64,000 nucleotides of DNA from Candidatus Bathyarchaeia archaeon (GCA_050010515.1 JBEKKX010000004.1:1-64000), one strand, 5' to 3'; positions 50,023 to 60,207 are shown, numbered from the stretch's first letter. Numbers and translations are program-made. Notes: generated by a model not told the origin, from the sequence alone.

Positions 50023-50193
50023 TTAACAAAATATTTCTTGCCTCTTTTGATTTAACTGGTCTGACTTCGATTGGATCTGGATTACTAAAGTGCCTTTGCC
50101 CCATTTTCTGGTCATTTTGCCATTAATTTGTTCAACTTTGGGGTAGCATTTGCTGTCGTTTAGTTTTTCTTGCCATGTTTTCTTTGCTGGCAT
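50023..50193 (-). pseudogene. 5' relic of an MGMT-like DNA-binding family gene
   Basis: MPAKKTWQEKLNDSKCYPKVEQINGKMTRKWGKGTLVI, then PDPIEV in a shifted frame, then truncation. Family recognised from memory only. Confidence 0.5.
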
Positions 50194-50246
50194 AATATAA
50201 CCAAAAGTTGTTTAGTTAGATAGTTTTATGAATCTTTTCTAAAAGT

Positions 50247-50501
50247 TTATTTCTTGTTTTGAGAACTGGCAAGGTAAATTTTTTGTTGGTGGCTTAGCTT
50301 CTTTATTTCCCTTTCACGTTTAATCGCGTTGCTTCTTGAATCAAACAGTTCAACGTAAGCTAGCCTTTGGGGTTTGTGTGCTTTTGTGTATTTTGCGCCT
50401 TTGCCGTTTTGATGCAGTTTTGTTCTTGCATCTAAGTCCTTGGTGTAGCCTGTGTAGAAACTTCCATCACTGCATAGTAAAATGTAAACGTAAAATGACA
50501 A
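50247..50501 (-). CDS. GIY-YIG nuclease family protein (UPF0213)
   Basis: YVYILLCSDGSFYTGYT, H..GKGAKYT, A.KRE..IK. Confidence 0.93.
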   Translation of the reverse strand: MSFYVYILLCSDGSFYTGYTKDLDARTKLHQNGKGAKYTKAHKPQRLAYVELFDSRSNAIKREREIKKLSHQQKIYLASSQNKK

Positions 50502-50507
50502 TTGGCT

Positions 50508-51206
50508 CTATTGCTCCTCAGTTTGTGGTGGCAGGTAATCGTAAACGATGCCTTTTTGCATGGCTCTTTTGAGGTAAGCTTCAGGGTCGATTTCCTGGAC
50601 TTTTGCTCGGTCAACATCGATTATGTAGATTTCATGTATGCGTGCATTTCTTATTTCTTCAATGGTGACTGGCGGTTTATGGTAGTATGCATCACAGAGC
50701 TTTTTTATCTGCATTATTTCTGGGTCTGTTCGGTTTCTTGGAGGTTTAGCCAGCGGACGGGGAAAAGGCAGAATATAGTGGGGTGGTACGCCTAACGCGA
50801 ATTTTCCTGCGAAACTACTGTACCTTATTATCTTGCTTGCCAGCCTTGCAGTAGTGTAAGTTAATGGCGCCAAAGCATTTTCAGGAGGAATATAACCAGT
50901 TTCTACTTCAACGATTAGGTTTCCATAGCCTTTTATGGCGTACAAATCACAGGTTAAAATTTCGTTTAACGGATATTCAAGTTGAACTTCGTAGCCTTTT
51001 TGAATTAGGTATTTGGCGCAAACAAGCTCCATCACGGAATGGTTGATTTTTAAAATGTTTTCTTTTTGCAGTTTTACCAGCCAGTCTTTTAGCATGTTTA
51101 GTTTGTTTTCCGTTTCTTTTTCAGAATCCTTTGTCAACCTTGATACTAGGACCGTTAAATCTTGCTCGAACTTTTGCCTGTTACTCATTTGCTGTTTCCT
51201 TGCCAA
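50508..51206 (-). CDS. Hypothetical protein with PD-(D/E)XK-like motif
   Basis: NHSVMEL, GYEV.LE, CDLYA, VEVETG. Confidence 0.75.
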   Translation of the reverse strand: MARKQQMSNRQKFEQDLTVLVSRLTKDSEKETENKLNMLKDWLVKLQKENILKINHSVMELVCAKYLIQKGYEVQLEYPLNEILTCDLYAIKGYGNLIVEVETGYIPPENALAPLTYTTARLASKIIRYSSFAGKFALGVPPHYILPFPRPLAKPPRNRTDPEIMQIKKLCDAYYHKPPVTIEEIRNARIHEIYIIDVDRAKVQEIDPEAYLKRAMQKGIVYDYLPPQTEEQ

Positions 51207-51571
51207 TTAGTCTGGCAACCAATACCTATTGATTTTAGAATATATAAAGCCAGAAAACGTTAAGCGACCAACTAGTCTTAGAACAGTTGTCAACATTAAC
51301 TAATCGGCTTAGTGAGTCTCTCGCGATGTATCAACATTGGTATTCTTTGCGGTTTAATTAACGGCTGGCTGTACTTTGCTGGTTGCTTTAGGCTTAGACT
51401 CAACTTGGCACCTTTTTACCTGTAGAAGTAGTCAGTAAATAGTAGTCCCCTCCCCTCCCACGGTTTGTCGCGTTTGTTTTGGGTTAATTTTTTGGTTTAG
51501 GGTTTGTAAAGGTATTCGTTTTGATTTCAGTTTAAATTTTTTCAGGAATTCAATGAAAAATAAATTGGAAA

Positions 51572-51657
51572 GCTGGGTTGATTTGAACCCGCCCCACGTG
51601 GAGACATCACCCGAAGAGTCGAGTTTTTCTCGCTCGCGCGCACTCTTGATTGGTCAG
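51572..51657. ncRNA. Putative small structured RNA of unknown class
   Basis: GC-rich island in an AT-rich spacer with several stems. TTTAAA about 35 nt upstream and a T-run directly downstream on +. Confidence 0.4.
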
Positions 51658-51662
51658 TTTTT

Positions 51663-52607
51663 TCACTTTTCTATTATGCATACGCCTTTGCCTGGCTTTG
51701 TGGCGAAAGCTGTTGCCTCGCAACCAGCAGACTTGAATCCTTCCTTCATGGCTACTGCAACCTTAGCTGCAACATTCTGTTTCTTGTTAACTACCGCTAT
51801 CATCGCAGGTCCTGCGCCACTTATAGTTACTCCGCATGCACCAGCGTTTAACGCGTTTTCTTTGACCTTCAGGTATCCTGGGATTAGGAAAGCTCTGGCT
51901 GGCTCAATTATGGAGTCATGCATTGACTTTCCAATAAGTTCTACGTCGCCTGTAGCGAAGCCGCTTGCCATGGCGGCAGCTTGTCCGATGTTATAAATGA
52001 GTTTTTCTAAGGGAACCGTTCGGGGCACGACTAAACGGGCTTTCTCAGTCTTGTTGGTTGGTGTATTAATATGCGGGAAAGCCACGCAGCATTCCATGTC
52101 TGAGGGCGCTTTTAAGCAAATGATTTCCATTGGATTGTACGATTTTACTATGACGAAGTCTCCGAAGACGGCGGCTGAAACGTTGTCCGCGTGTTCATAT
52201 CCAGCGGAGGCAACTTCGCCCTTGGCGGCAAACTGAACTAACTGTTCGTTGCTCAGGTTGAGGTTAAACATGTGATTCAAGCCATACGCCACGGCTGCGG
52301 CTGAAGCTGCGCTGCTGCCTAAGCCTTTGCTCGGCCAAATGCCCTTTTCAATCGTTATACTGAGACCTGTTTTCAGCGAGAACTCCTGTAACATTAGGTT
52401 TGCGACAACGCCTGCTGTATTCTTCTCAGGCACTGCAGAGATGGTTTCTGCTGAGAAGCCGAAAACTTGGATTTTCACACCCGCTGTTGTCTGAACCATT
52501 GTGACTTTATCGCTTGGCTTTTCCAAGGCTAATCCGAAGACGTCGAAGCCTGACCCAATATTAGCGCTTGTGGCAGGCGCTTTCACGATGATCTCGTTAA
52601 GCGGCAT
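51663..52607 (-). CDS. thrB: Homoserine kinase
   Basis: APATSANIGSGFD, GLGSSAAS, HADNV, ISGAGP. Confidence 0.97.
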   Translation of the reverse strand: MPLNEIIVKAPATSANIGSGFDVFGLALEKPSDKVTMVQTTAGVKIQVFGFSAETISAVPEKNTAGVVANLMLQEFSLKTGLSITIEKGIWPSKGLGSSAASAAAVAYGLNHMFNLNLSNEQLVQFAAKGEVASAGYEHADNVSAAVFGDFVIVKSYNPMEIICLKAPSDMECCVAFPHINTPTNKTEKARLVVPRTVPLEKLIYNIGQAAAMASGFATGDVELIGKSMHDSIIEPARAFLIPGYLKVKENALNAGACGVTISGAGPAMIAVVNKKQNVAAKVAVAMKEGFKSAGCEATAFATKPGKGVCIIEK

Positions 52608-52962
52608 TATTTCATCTCAGCCTGGAAGCCTTTTCTTGAAAAAACGTTCATATGCATTGGTTGATTTACCTCCCGATTAGTTTGCTCGAAACAATAATTT
52701 CAATATTCCCGCGAGGAATTGACAGAAGCCAGTATTTAGTCATGATTTTAGATAGTCGATTTAGCTTAAAAAGACTACTAGCAAAACTGATATCCTAACA
52801 GAAACAAGACGGCTTAGAAGGTAAACAAATGAAGCTTATATCACCTGAAAGACAACGCATAGAGAAAATTTTCAAAACGCATATGGAACTCTGATATGTC
52901 ACCCTTCAACATCTGAATAACTAACCATTTAAACGCTTAACAGTTACCTAGAGTGCGGATGA

Positions 52963-53148
52963 TTAAGGTTTTAAGGTAGATAAAACAAGCCTTGTAGAGT
53001 TAACATCAACCTCAACAATCTTGCAATTTTTAAACTCTTTACCTTCACCCAAAATATTCTTAACTGTAACGTTATCGCCTTCAACTTTAACGTAAATTAC
53101 ATCCTTGAATTGCACTTTTCCATTGAGGATTACGTTAAATTCACACAT
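52963..53148 (-). CDS. CooT family nickel-binding protein
   Basis: N-terminal MCE, KDV, NILGE..EF, I.EVD. 61 aa. Confidence 0.8.
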   Translation of the reverse strand: MCEFNVILNGKVQFKDVIYVKVEGDNVTVKNILGEGKEFKNCKIVEVDVNSTRLVLSTLKP

Positions 53149-53392
53149 ACTTCTTCACAGATATGGAAAAAGAGACGGCGGGTTATAAGTGCTTTTATCA
53201 ACACACCTAATTATTCAGGGAAAATCTGCTCTGTAGCCGTCTTTATCCTCCCTTCTTGGAAAGAAGGTTGTAGGTTGGCTTCGACAAGTTAATTATTAAC
53301 AAAAAGTTGTAAACAAATGAGACTGACACCGTAAACTTTTTATTTGTACAATGGTTACTTTTAAGGAACATGGAATTTCAAGAGGAATTAAG

Positions 53393-53443
53393 ATGAGGGA
53401 TCGTCACCTCAATAGCTGGAATCGTCGGGTACTTATTCTTTGA
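53393..53443 (+). promoter_or_regulatory. Candidate leader peptide of the ilv/leu operon
   Basis: MRDRHLNSWNRRVLIL* with a GAGGA SD, followed by TTTTT. Confidence 0.35.
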
Positions 53444-53539
53444 TTTTTCCAGGGAACCCTCTGAAACATCCATTGGAAAATTTTCAAATCAATCTTTCTT
53501 TGGACGAGAGTATAGTTATCAAAAAGGAGAAGCAATGAA

Positions 53540-55252
53540 ATGACCAAAATGTCTGGGGCAAAAGTGCTCTTAGAATCCCTTGAACAACAAAACGTGGACG
53601 TTATATTCGGCATCTTAGGTGGAGCAATACTGCCTGTCTACGATGCATTATGCGGCAACACGAAAATCAGGCACATACTCAGCAGACACGAGCAAGGAGC
53701 AGCTCACGCAGCCGAAGGCTATGCCAGAGCCAGCGGGCGAGTAGGAGTATGCATGGCAACATCAGGGCCAGGAGCTACAAACCTAGTCACAGGAATAGCA
53801 AACGCATACATGGATTCCTCACCAATAATAGCTATAACAGGTCAGGTTCCAACAACAGGCGTTAACACTTCCTACATGATTGGCAAAGACGCCTTCCAAG
53901 AAGCAGACATCATCGGCATCACAACGCCAATTACTAAACACAATTATCAGCCACGAACAATCGCTGAAATCCAACCAATGGTTAACGCAGCATTCTACAT
54001 AGCTTCCTCAGGCAGACCAGGACCAGTCCTAATCGACTTACCGAAAAACGTGCAAGCTGAAACCGCCGATGTAGAGACAGGAATCATAGACAAAATTGAA
54101 GCCCGAGGCTACAACCCCACGATCAATCCAGATTTAGCAAAAATCAGCGAAGCAGCTAATCTACTTGCAAAAGCTGAGAAACCAATTATACTGGCGGGAG
54201 GCGGAGTCATAATCTCCAACGCTTCAGATGAACTCATGGAAATGTCAGATTTGCTAATAGCACCAGTAGCCACAACTTTGATGGGCAAAGGCGCATTCCC
54301 TGAATGCCATCCCTTATCAGTTGGAAGCATCGGAATGCATGGAAACCCAGCAGCAAACAAGCTGATGGGTGAAGCTGACGTGCTGTTGGCTGTTGGAACA
54401 AGATTCTCTGACCGCGCCACAGCAAACTTGGACACTTTCTGCTCCAACGCCAAAAAGATTCACATAGACATTGACGCTGCAGAAATTGGAAAAAACATCG
54501 AAGTCAACGTGCCCATAGTTGGCGACGCCAAAACCTCTATGAAACTATTGCATGCTGCCTTAACGAAGAAACTGCGCAAAAACGAAAGTAGCACTTGGAC
54601 AAAACGAGTTAAAGAAGCCAAAGAACAACTAAGCCCACTGCTGAAAGAGATGCCCAAAGACTTGTTACCAAAAGCGTTATTGACGGAGCTTAGAAGATTA
54701 CTGCCTGAAAATACCATAGTCACCACAGAAGTCGGTCAAAACCAAATGTGGTCAGTTCTATACTTTAAAGCATTAAAGCCGAGAACGTTCATTAGCTCAG
54801 GGGGGTTGGGAACAATGGGTTTCGGTTTTCCAGCAGCGCTAGGAGCGAAAGTTGCCTGTCCAGACAGGCCTGTAGTGGACATAGCGGGCGACGGCAGTTT
54901 CTTAATGACCGAACAAGAACTCGCGTGCTCTATAACGGAGAACATCCCTGTCACAGTCATAGTGCTGAACAATTCGGTGTTAGGGATGGTTGCGCAGTGG
55001 CAAAGAATGCTCTACAAACGCCGCTATATGGCAGTTAACTTGGGAAATACACCTGACTTTGTGAAGCTGGCAGAGGCTTACGGAGCACAAGGCTTCCGAG
55101 TAAGATCAATGGAAGAATTCCAAAAAGCCGTAAAAACCGCGCTAAACAGTAAAGTTACAACTGTAATCGACGTGCCTATCAGCTCAGAGCAGGACGTTGT
55201 GCCATTTGTGCCTCCAGGCTGCGGTTTACCACAACAGAGGGGTGACTACTAA
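53540..55252 (+). CDS. ilvB: Acetolactate synthase large subunit
   Basis: RHEQGAAH, TSGPGATN, FQEAD, VGQNQMW, GDGSF..N TPP motif. Confidence 0.97.
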   Translation: MTKMSGAKVLLESLEQQNVDVIFGILGGAILPVYDALCGNTKIRHILSRHEQGAAHAAEGYARASGRVGVCMATSGPGATNLVTGIANAYMDSSPIIAITGQVPTTGVNTSYMIGKDAFQEADIIGITTPITKHNYQPRTIAEIQPMVNAAFYIASSGRPGPVLIDLPKNVQAETADVETGIIDKIEARGYNPTINPDLAKISEAANLLAKAEKPIILAGGGVIISNASDELMEMSDLLIAPVATTLMGKGAFPECHPLSVGSIGMHGNPAANKLMGEADVLLAVGTRFSDRATANLDTFCSNAKKIHIDIDAAEIGKNIEVNVPIVGDAKTSMKLLHAALTKKLRKNESSTWTKRVKEAKEQLSPLLKEMPKDLLPKALLTELRRLLPENTIVTTEVGQNQMWSVLYFKALKPRTFISSGGLGTMGFGFPAALGAKVACPDRPVVDIAGDGSFLMTEQELACSITENIPVTVIVLNNSVLGMVAQWQRMLYKRRYMAVNLGNTPDFVKLAEAYGAQGFRVRSMEEFQKAVKTALNSKVTTVIDVPISSEQDVVPFVPPGCGLPQQRGDY

Positions 55253-55765
55253 ATGGAAGATGAAAAAACAAAAATAATCTCCGTACTTGTCGAAAATAAG
55301 CCAGGTGTACTTCACAGTGTAGCTAACCTGTTTCGACGGAGAAACTTTAACATTGAAAGCATCACCGTCGGCCCCACTGAAAAGAAAGACTTAGCACGCA
55401 TGACAATAACAGTCAACGAAGATGAAAAAACAATCGACCAAGTCATCAAGCAACTGGCAAAGCTCATTGATATACTTAAAGTCGAGGAGCTAGAGCATGG
55501 AAACTTTGTCATGCGGGAACTGGCTTTGATAAAAGTTAGTGTGTCAAGCCCCAAAGAACGCTCCGACATCATAAACTGCGTAGAAGTCTTCAGAGGCCGA
55601 ATCATAGACGTTTCAACCGACAGCTTAACCGTAGAAATCACAGGAACACCAGACAAAATTGACGCGTTCCTAAATCTGATGAAAACAAATGGCGTCATTG
55701 AACTTGCAAGAACAGGTATAACCGCACTGGCACGAGGAGCAAAATCAATAAGAATCGACGAATAA
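55253..55765 (+). CDS. ilvN: Acetolactate synthase regulatory subunit
   Basis: VENKPGVL, RRRNFNIES, RELALIKV, ELARTG. Confidence 0.97.
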   Translation: MEDEKTKIISVLVENKPGVLHSVANLFRRRNFNIESITVGPTEKKDLARMTITVNEDEKTIDQVIKQLAKLIDILKVEELEHGNFVMRELALIKVSVSSPKERSDIINCVEVFRGRIIDVSTDSLTVEITGTPDKIDAFLNLMKTNGVIELARTGITALARGAKSIRIDE

Positions 55766-55873
55766 ATCGTCTCTCCGAACGGAAACCCTTAACTTTCCGT
55801 TTTTCAAAAATCAGAAACCTCCACGGTAAATTAATCAAAAATAAATAGTTAATTGTGACAGAAGAGAACAGGT

Positions 55874-57145
55874 ATGAACATTACAGAAAAAATATTGGCT
55901 AAAGCCTCAGGAAAACAAGTCGTGCACTCAGGAGAAATTGTGGACGCAAACGTAGACATGATAATGGTGCATGATTTAACTGGACCTTTAGCCGTTGAAG
56001 CCTTCAAAAAAATAGGAGTAGAAAAAGTTTGGGATAACCAAAAAGTAGTGGTGATTCTGGACCACCAGGTGCCGGCTGAGTCTGTTAAAGCGGCAGAACT
56101 GCACAAGACCATGCGCCAATTCGCCAAAGACCAAAAACTACGCATATACGACATAGGCAGAGGCGGAATCTGCCACCAAGTCATGCCTGAGAAAGGGCAT
56201 GTGGTTCCTGGAACAGTAATCGTAGGTGCTGATTCCCACACTTGCACCTACGGAGCCTTCGGCGCTTTCGCAACAGGAATAGGCTCAACTGAGGCAGCAG
56301 CAGTCTTTGCTACTGGAAAGATTTGGCTGAAAGTGCCAGAAGCGATTAAAGTAAACGTAACTGGGCAATTTCAAAAGTACGTTACACCAAAAGACTTAAT
56401 CCTATCAATAATTGGACGCGTGAGAGTTGATGGTGCCATATATAAAAGCGTTGAATTCACTGGTCCAACAATAAAAAGCATGAGTATAGCGGGGAGAATG
56501 ACGCTGTGCAATATGGCTGTGGAAATGGGCGCCAAAAACGGCATCATCGAACCTGACGAAACAACTCGCAAGTTCCTAGAAGGCAGAACCAGCAAAGTAT
56601 TGCCCAACTTTGAATCATTGAAAAGTGATAAAGACGCAGTTTACGAGCGGACAGTGGAATTTGATGTCTCAAAGATGGAGCCACAAGTTGCTTGTCCATC
56701 ATCGGTTGATAACGTTAAGCCAGTTTCAGAAGTAGGCAACGTTCCAATTGAGCAGGCGTTTATTGGTTCATGCACCAACGGCAGAATTGAAGATTTACGC
56801 TTAGCCGCTCAAGTCCTAAAGGGCAAACGTGTAAAAGACAATGTTAGGGCAATTGTGATTCCAGCTTCACAAGAAGTTTACAAGCAAGCGTTAAACGAAG
56901 GCTTACTGGAAATCTTCACTGATGCAGGTGCAATAGTTTGTGGTTCGGCGTGCGGTCCATGCTTAGGCGGTCACATTGGATTATTAGCGGCAGATGAAGT
57001 TTGCGTAAGCACTTCAAATAGGAACTTTATCGGAAGAATGGGCAGCACTCAAGCCAGTGTATACTTGGCTTCGCCAGCAACGGTAGCTGCTTCAGCCGTC
57101 ACAGGCAAAATCACTGACCCGAGAAAACTGGAGGCAAAAGCATGA
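55874..57145 (+). CDS. leuC: 3-isopropylmalate dehydratase large subunit
   Basis: GICHQ, DSHTCTYG, GSCTNGR, CGPCLG, STSNRNF. Confidence 0.93.
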   Translation: MNITEKILAKASGKQVVHSGEIVDANVDMIMVHDLTGPLAVEAFKKIGVEKVWDNQKVVVILDHQVPAESVKAAELHKTMRQFAKDQKLRIYDIGRGGICHQVMPEKGHVVPGTVIVGADSHTCTYGAFGAFATGIGSTEAAAVFATGKIWLKVPEAIKVNVTGQFQKYVTPKDLILSIIGRVRVDGAIYKSVEFTGPTIKSMSIAGRMTLCNMAVEMGAKNGIIEPDETTRKFLEGRTSKVLPNFESLKSDKDAVYERTVEFDVSKMEPQVACPSSVDNVKPVSEVGNVPIEQAFIGSCTNGRIEDLRLAAQVLKGKRVKDNVRAIVIPASQEVYKQALNEGLLEIFTDAGAIVCGSACGPCLGGHIGLLAADEVCVSTSNRNFIGRMGSTQASVYLASPATVAASAVTGKITDPRKLEAKA

Positions 57146-57645
57146 ATATGAAAATCAAAGGTCCAGCGATAAAATTCGGAAACAACATTGACACAGACGT
57201 TATTCTGCCAGGGCAATACTTGGTATTGGTTGACCCTTACGAGTTAGCAAAACATGCCCTAGAAAGCTTAGACCCAAAGTTTCCTGAAAAGGCAAAAAAA
57301 GGCGTCATTGTAGTAGGCGGCAAAAACTTCGGATGCGGCTCAAGCCGAGAACAAGCGCCATTAGCTCTAAAGTACGCAGGCGTAAAATGCGTGTTAGCAG
57401 AATCTTTCGCGCGGATTTTCTTCCGAAACGCCATTAACATCGGCTTACCAGTAATCGAATGCGAAGGCATATCGGCTGTTGTTGAAACAGGTGACGAAAT
57501 AGCCGTGGACATTGAAGCTGGCAAGATAGAAAACATTTCAAAAGGCAAAAGCTTTCAAGTAGACAAGCTGCCACCATTCATAATTGAAATATTAGCAGAT
57601 GGTGGATTAATCGAAAACCTGAGAAGGAGAATTAACAAAAAATGA
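57142..57645 (+). CDS. leuD: 3-isopropylmalate dehydratase small subunit
   Basis: NIDTDVI.PGQYLV, NFGCGSSREQA, SFARIFFRNA. Confidence 0.93.
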   Translation: MNMKIKGPAIKFGNNIDTDVILPGQYLVLVDPYELAKHALESLDPKFPEKAKKGVIVVGGKNFGCGSSREQAPLALKYAGVKCVLAESFARIFFRNAINIGLPVIECEGISAVVETGDEIAVDIEAGKIENISKGKSFQVDKLPPFIIEILADGGLIENLRRRINKK

Positions 57646-58679
57646 CAGAATACAAAATATCCCTAATCCCAGGCGACGGCATAGGACCAGAATTAACCGA
57701 AGCTACTCTAAAAGTCCTAGACTCAGCACAGAAAAAATTCGGATTAAATCTCCAAATTATTGAGGCTGAAGCGGGCGACGCAACCTTAGCCAAAAGAGGC
57801 GCCGCACTACCCGAAGACACAGTGCAAAAAATCAAAGAATCCCACGCTTGCCTAAAGGGACCTGTAGGCGAAAGCGCAGCCGACGTCATAGTTAAACTCA
57901 GGTTAATGTTTGATTTGTACGCCAATTTGCGTCCATTGAAGGCTTATCCTAACGTGCCTGTCGCTCGACCCGACATTGATATGATGTTTGTTAGGGAGAA
58001 CACTGAGGATGTTTACAAAGGCTTAGAATTCACCATAGGCAACGACACAACTCTGTGCCTAAGAGTAATTACCCGAAAGAATTGCGAGCGCATAGCCAAA
58101 AAAGCCTTCGAAATTGCGCGTTTGCGAAATGGCAAAAAGAAAGTAACTGCCATACACAAAGCCAACGTTATGCGTGTAACCGACGGATTATTCGCCAGCA
58201 TATGCCGCGAAACAGCAAAACAATACCCAGACATCGCCTTCAACGAGCTATATGTTGATGCAGCATCGATGCGTCTGATAAAAGAGCCTCAAGAATTCGA
58301 TGTATTTTGCACCTGCAACATGTTTGGCGATATCTTATCAGACGAAGCAGCCCAACTTATCGGCGGGTTAGGTATGGCTCCAGGCGCAAACATAGGCGAC
58401 AACTTTGCACTCTTCGAACCCATACACGGTTCAGCACCAAACAGAGCAGGAAAACATACTGCTAACCCAATCTCAATGATACTAGCTGCAAAAATGATGC
58501 TGGACTGGCTTGGCGAAAAATACAATGATAAAAAATGCATCAAGGCAGGCATGGCAATAGAGAATGGGGTAATATACGCGTTACGTAACGGTCAAACTGT
58601 TCCAGACTGCGGCGGCAACACCACGACCGTGGGAATGGCAGAAGCCATTGCTGCAGCCCTAACAGTGAAAACTGGTTGA
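57642..58679 (+). CDS. leuB: 3-isopropylmalate dehydrogenase family
   Basis: PGDGIGPE, RENTED, HKANV, NMFGDILSD, EPIHGSAP. Confidence 0.9.
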   Translation: MTEYKISLIPGDGIGPELTEATLKVLDSAQKKFGLNLQIIEAEAGDATLAKRGAALPEDTVQKIKESHACLKGPVGESAADVIVKLRLMFDLYANLRPLKAYPNVPVARPDIDMMFVRENTEDVYKGLEFTIGNDTTLCLRVITRKNCERIAKKAFEIARLRNGKKKVTAIHKANVMRVTDGLFASICRETAKQYPDIAFNELYVDAASMRLIKEPQEFDVFCTCNMFGDILSDEAAQLIGGLGMAPGANIGDNFALFEPIHGSAPNRAGKHTANPISMILAAKMMLDWLGEKYNDKKCIKAGMAIENGVIYALRNGQTVPDCGGNTTTVGMAEAIAAALTVKTG

Positions 58680-58683
58680 AAAA

Positions 58684-60207
58684 ATGAACAATAAAACCTC
58701 AAAAAGTATCCGTATTTTTGACACTACCCTAAGAGATGGTGAACAAACACCCGGCGTATCTTTAACCGCCGACGACAAGATTGAGATTGCACGCCAACTG
58801 AGCAAGCTAGGCGTCGACGTTATCGAAGCAGGTTTTCCAAGCTCCTCAGAAGGCGAAAAAAAAGTTGTCAAAGAGATTGCAAAAGCTGGGTTAGAACCAG
58901 AAATCTGCGCTTTGTCCAGAGCAACAAAAGGCGATATTGATGCAGCAATCGATTGTGACGTTGACCTAATTCATGTTTTTATTCCTACGTCGCCTGTGCA
59001 AATGAAGTACGCCGTGAACTTAACACCTGAACAAGTGCTGTCTTCAACCGTGGAATCTATTGAGTACGTTAAGAAGCATGGTTTCAAATGCGAGTTTTCG
59101 CCAATGGATGCCACGCGCTCAGAAATGCCCTTCTTAAAACACGTTTGCCAAGCAGCAGAGAAAGCAGGAATGGACACTCTAAACGTTCCTGATACCGTGG
59201 GCATAATGATTCCTAAAACAACCATCAAACTCATTGAGAAACTAAAAAATGTAGTTAACGTTCCCATTAGCACGCATTGCCATGATGATTTTGGCTTGGC
59301 AGTTGCAAACTCCTTAGCCGCTGTTGAAGCTGGGGCTGCTCAGGTGCACGTTGCTGTCAACGGGTTAGGTGAGCGTGCGGGCAACGCTTCGCTTGAAGAA
59401 GTGGTTATGGCTTTGCATCTGATTTACAAGTACAAGACAGGCGTAAACACACGGTTATTATACGGCACATCCAGACTGGTTTCGTCGTTAACCGGCATAA
59501 CTGTGCAAGCTAACAAAGCAATTGTGGGCGAAAACGCTTTTGCACATGAGTCAGGCATTCATACTCGTGGCGTAACAGAGAAGCCATTAACTTTTGAGCC
59601 CATAGACCCAGAGTTGGTCGGGCGCACAAGAAAATTAGTTGCAGGAAAACTAGCTGGAACACGCGGCATCAAAGCTGAACTGGAAGAGATAGGGATCCAC
59701 CCAAGCGAAGAGCAAATAAAAGAAATTGTCCAACGCGTCAAAGAACTAGGCGACAAGGGCAAGATGGTGACGGACGCTGATTTATTTGCGTTAACCTCTG
59801 CAGTCATGGGCGAAGTGATAGGTGAAGAAAAAATCGTTGACTTATGCGACCTAGCCGTCGTAACAGGCATCAAAGTAATTCCAACCGCTTCAGTACGGCT
59901 AACTTTGGACGGAAAAGAGTACATTGCAGCAGAAACAGGCGTAGGCCCAGTTGACGCTGTTTTAAAAGCCATCCAAAAACTAACTAATAACCTGGAAAAT
60001 ATACGGCTCAGCGAATACCGACTTGAAGCAATCACAGGTGGCTCAAACGCCGTAGCAGAAGTAGTCATAAAAGTCGAGGACGAAAAAGGCAACATTGTTT
60101 CAGCACGTGCAGCAAGAGAAGACATCGTAATGGCTAGTGTTGAAGCAATGATAAACGGTATAAACAAGTGCTTGCTTAAGAGTCGTAAGCAGGGAAACAA
60201 AAAGTGA
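58684..60207 (+). CDS. leuA: 2-isopropylmalate synthase (citramalate synthase not excluded)
   Basis: DTTLRDGEQ, HCHDD, GERAGN, AHESGIH, C-terminal regulatory domain with GVGPVDA. Confidence 0.85.
   Translation: MNNKTSKSIRIFDTTLRDGEQTPGVSLTADDKIEIARQLSKLGVDVIEAGFPSSSEGEKKVVKEIAKAGLEPEICALSRATKGDIDAAIDCDVDLIHVFIPTSPVQMKYAVNLTPEQVLSSTVESIEYVKKHGFKCEFSPMDATRSEMPFLKHVCQAAEKAGMDTLNVPDTVGIMIPKTTIKLIEKLKNVVNVPISTHCHDDFGLAVANSLAAVEAGAAQVHVAVNGLGERAGNASLEEVVMALHLIYKYKTGVNTRLLYGTSRLVSSLTGITVQANKAIVGENAFAHESGIHTRGVTEKPLTFEPIDPELVGRTRKLVAGKLAGTRGIKAELEEIGIHPSEEQIKEIVQRVKELGDKGKMVTDADLFALTSAVMGEVIGEEKIVDLCDLAVVTGIKVIPTASVRLTLDGKEYIAAETGVGPVDAVLKAIQKLTNNLENIRLSEYRLEAITGGSNAVAEVVIKVEDEKGNIVSARAAREDIVMASVEAMINGINKCLLKSRKQGNKK

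Noticed and set aside
51573-51595. GGGTTCAAATC on the minus strand as a tRNA T-arm
   Set aside because: The T-stem does not pair (GCGGG versus CAACC) and no cloverleaf can be built.
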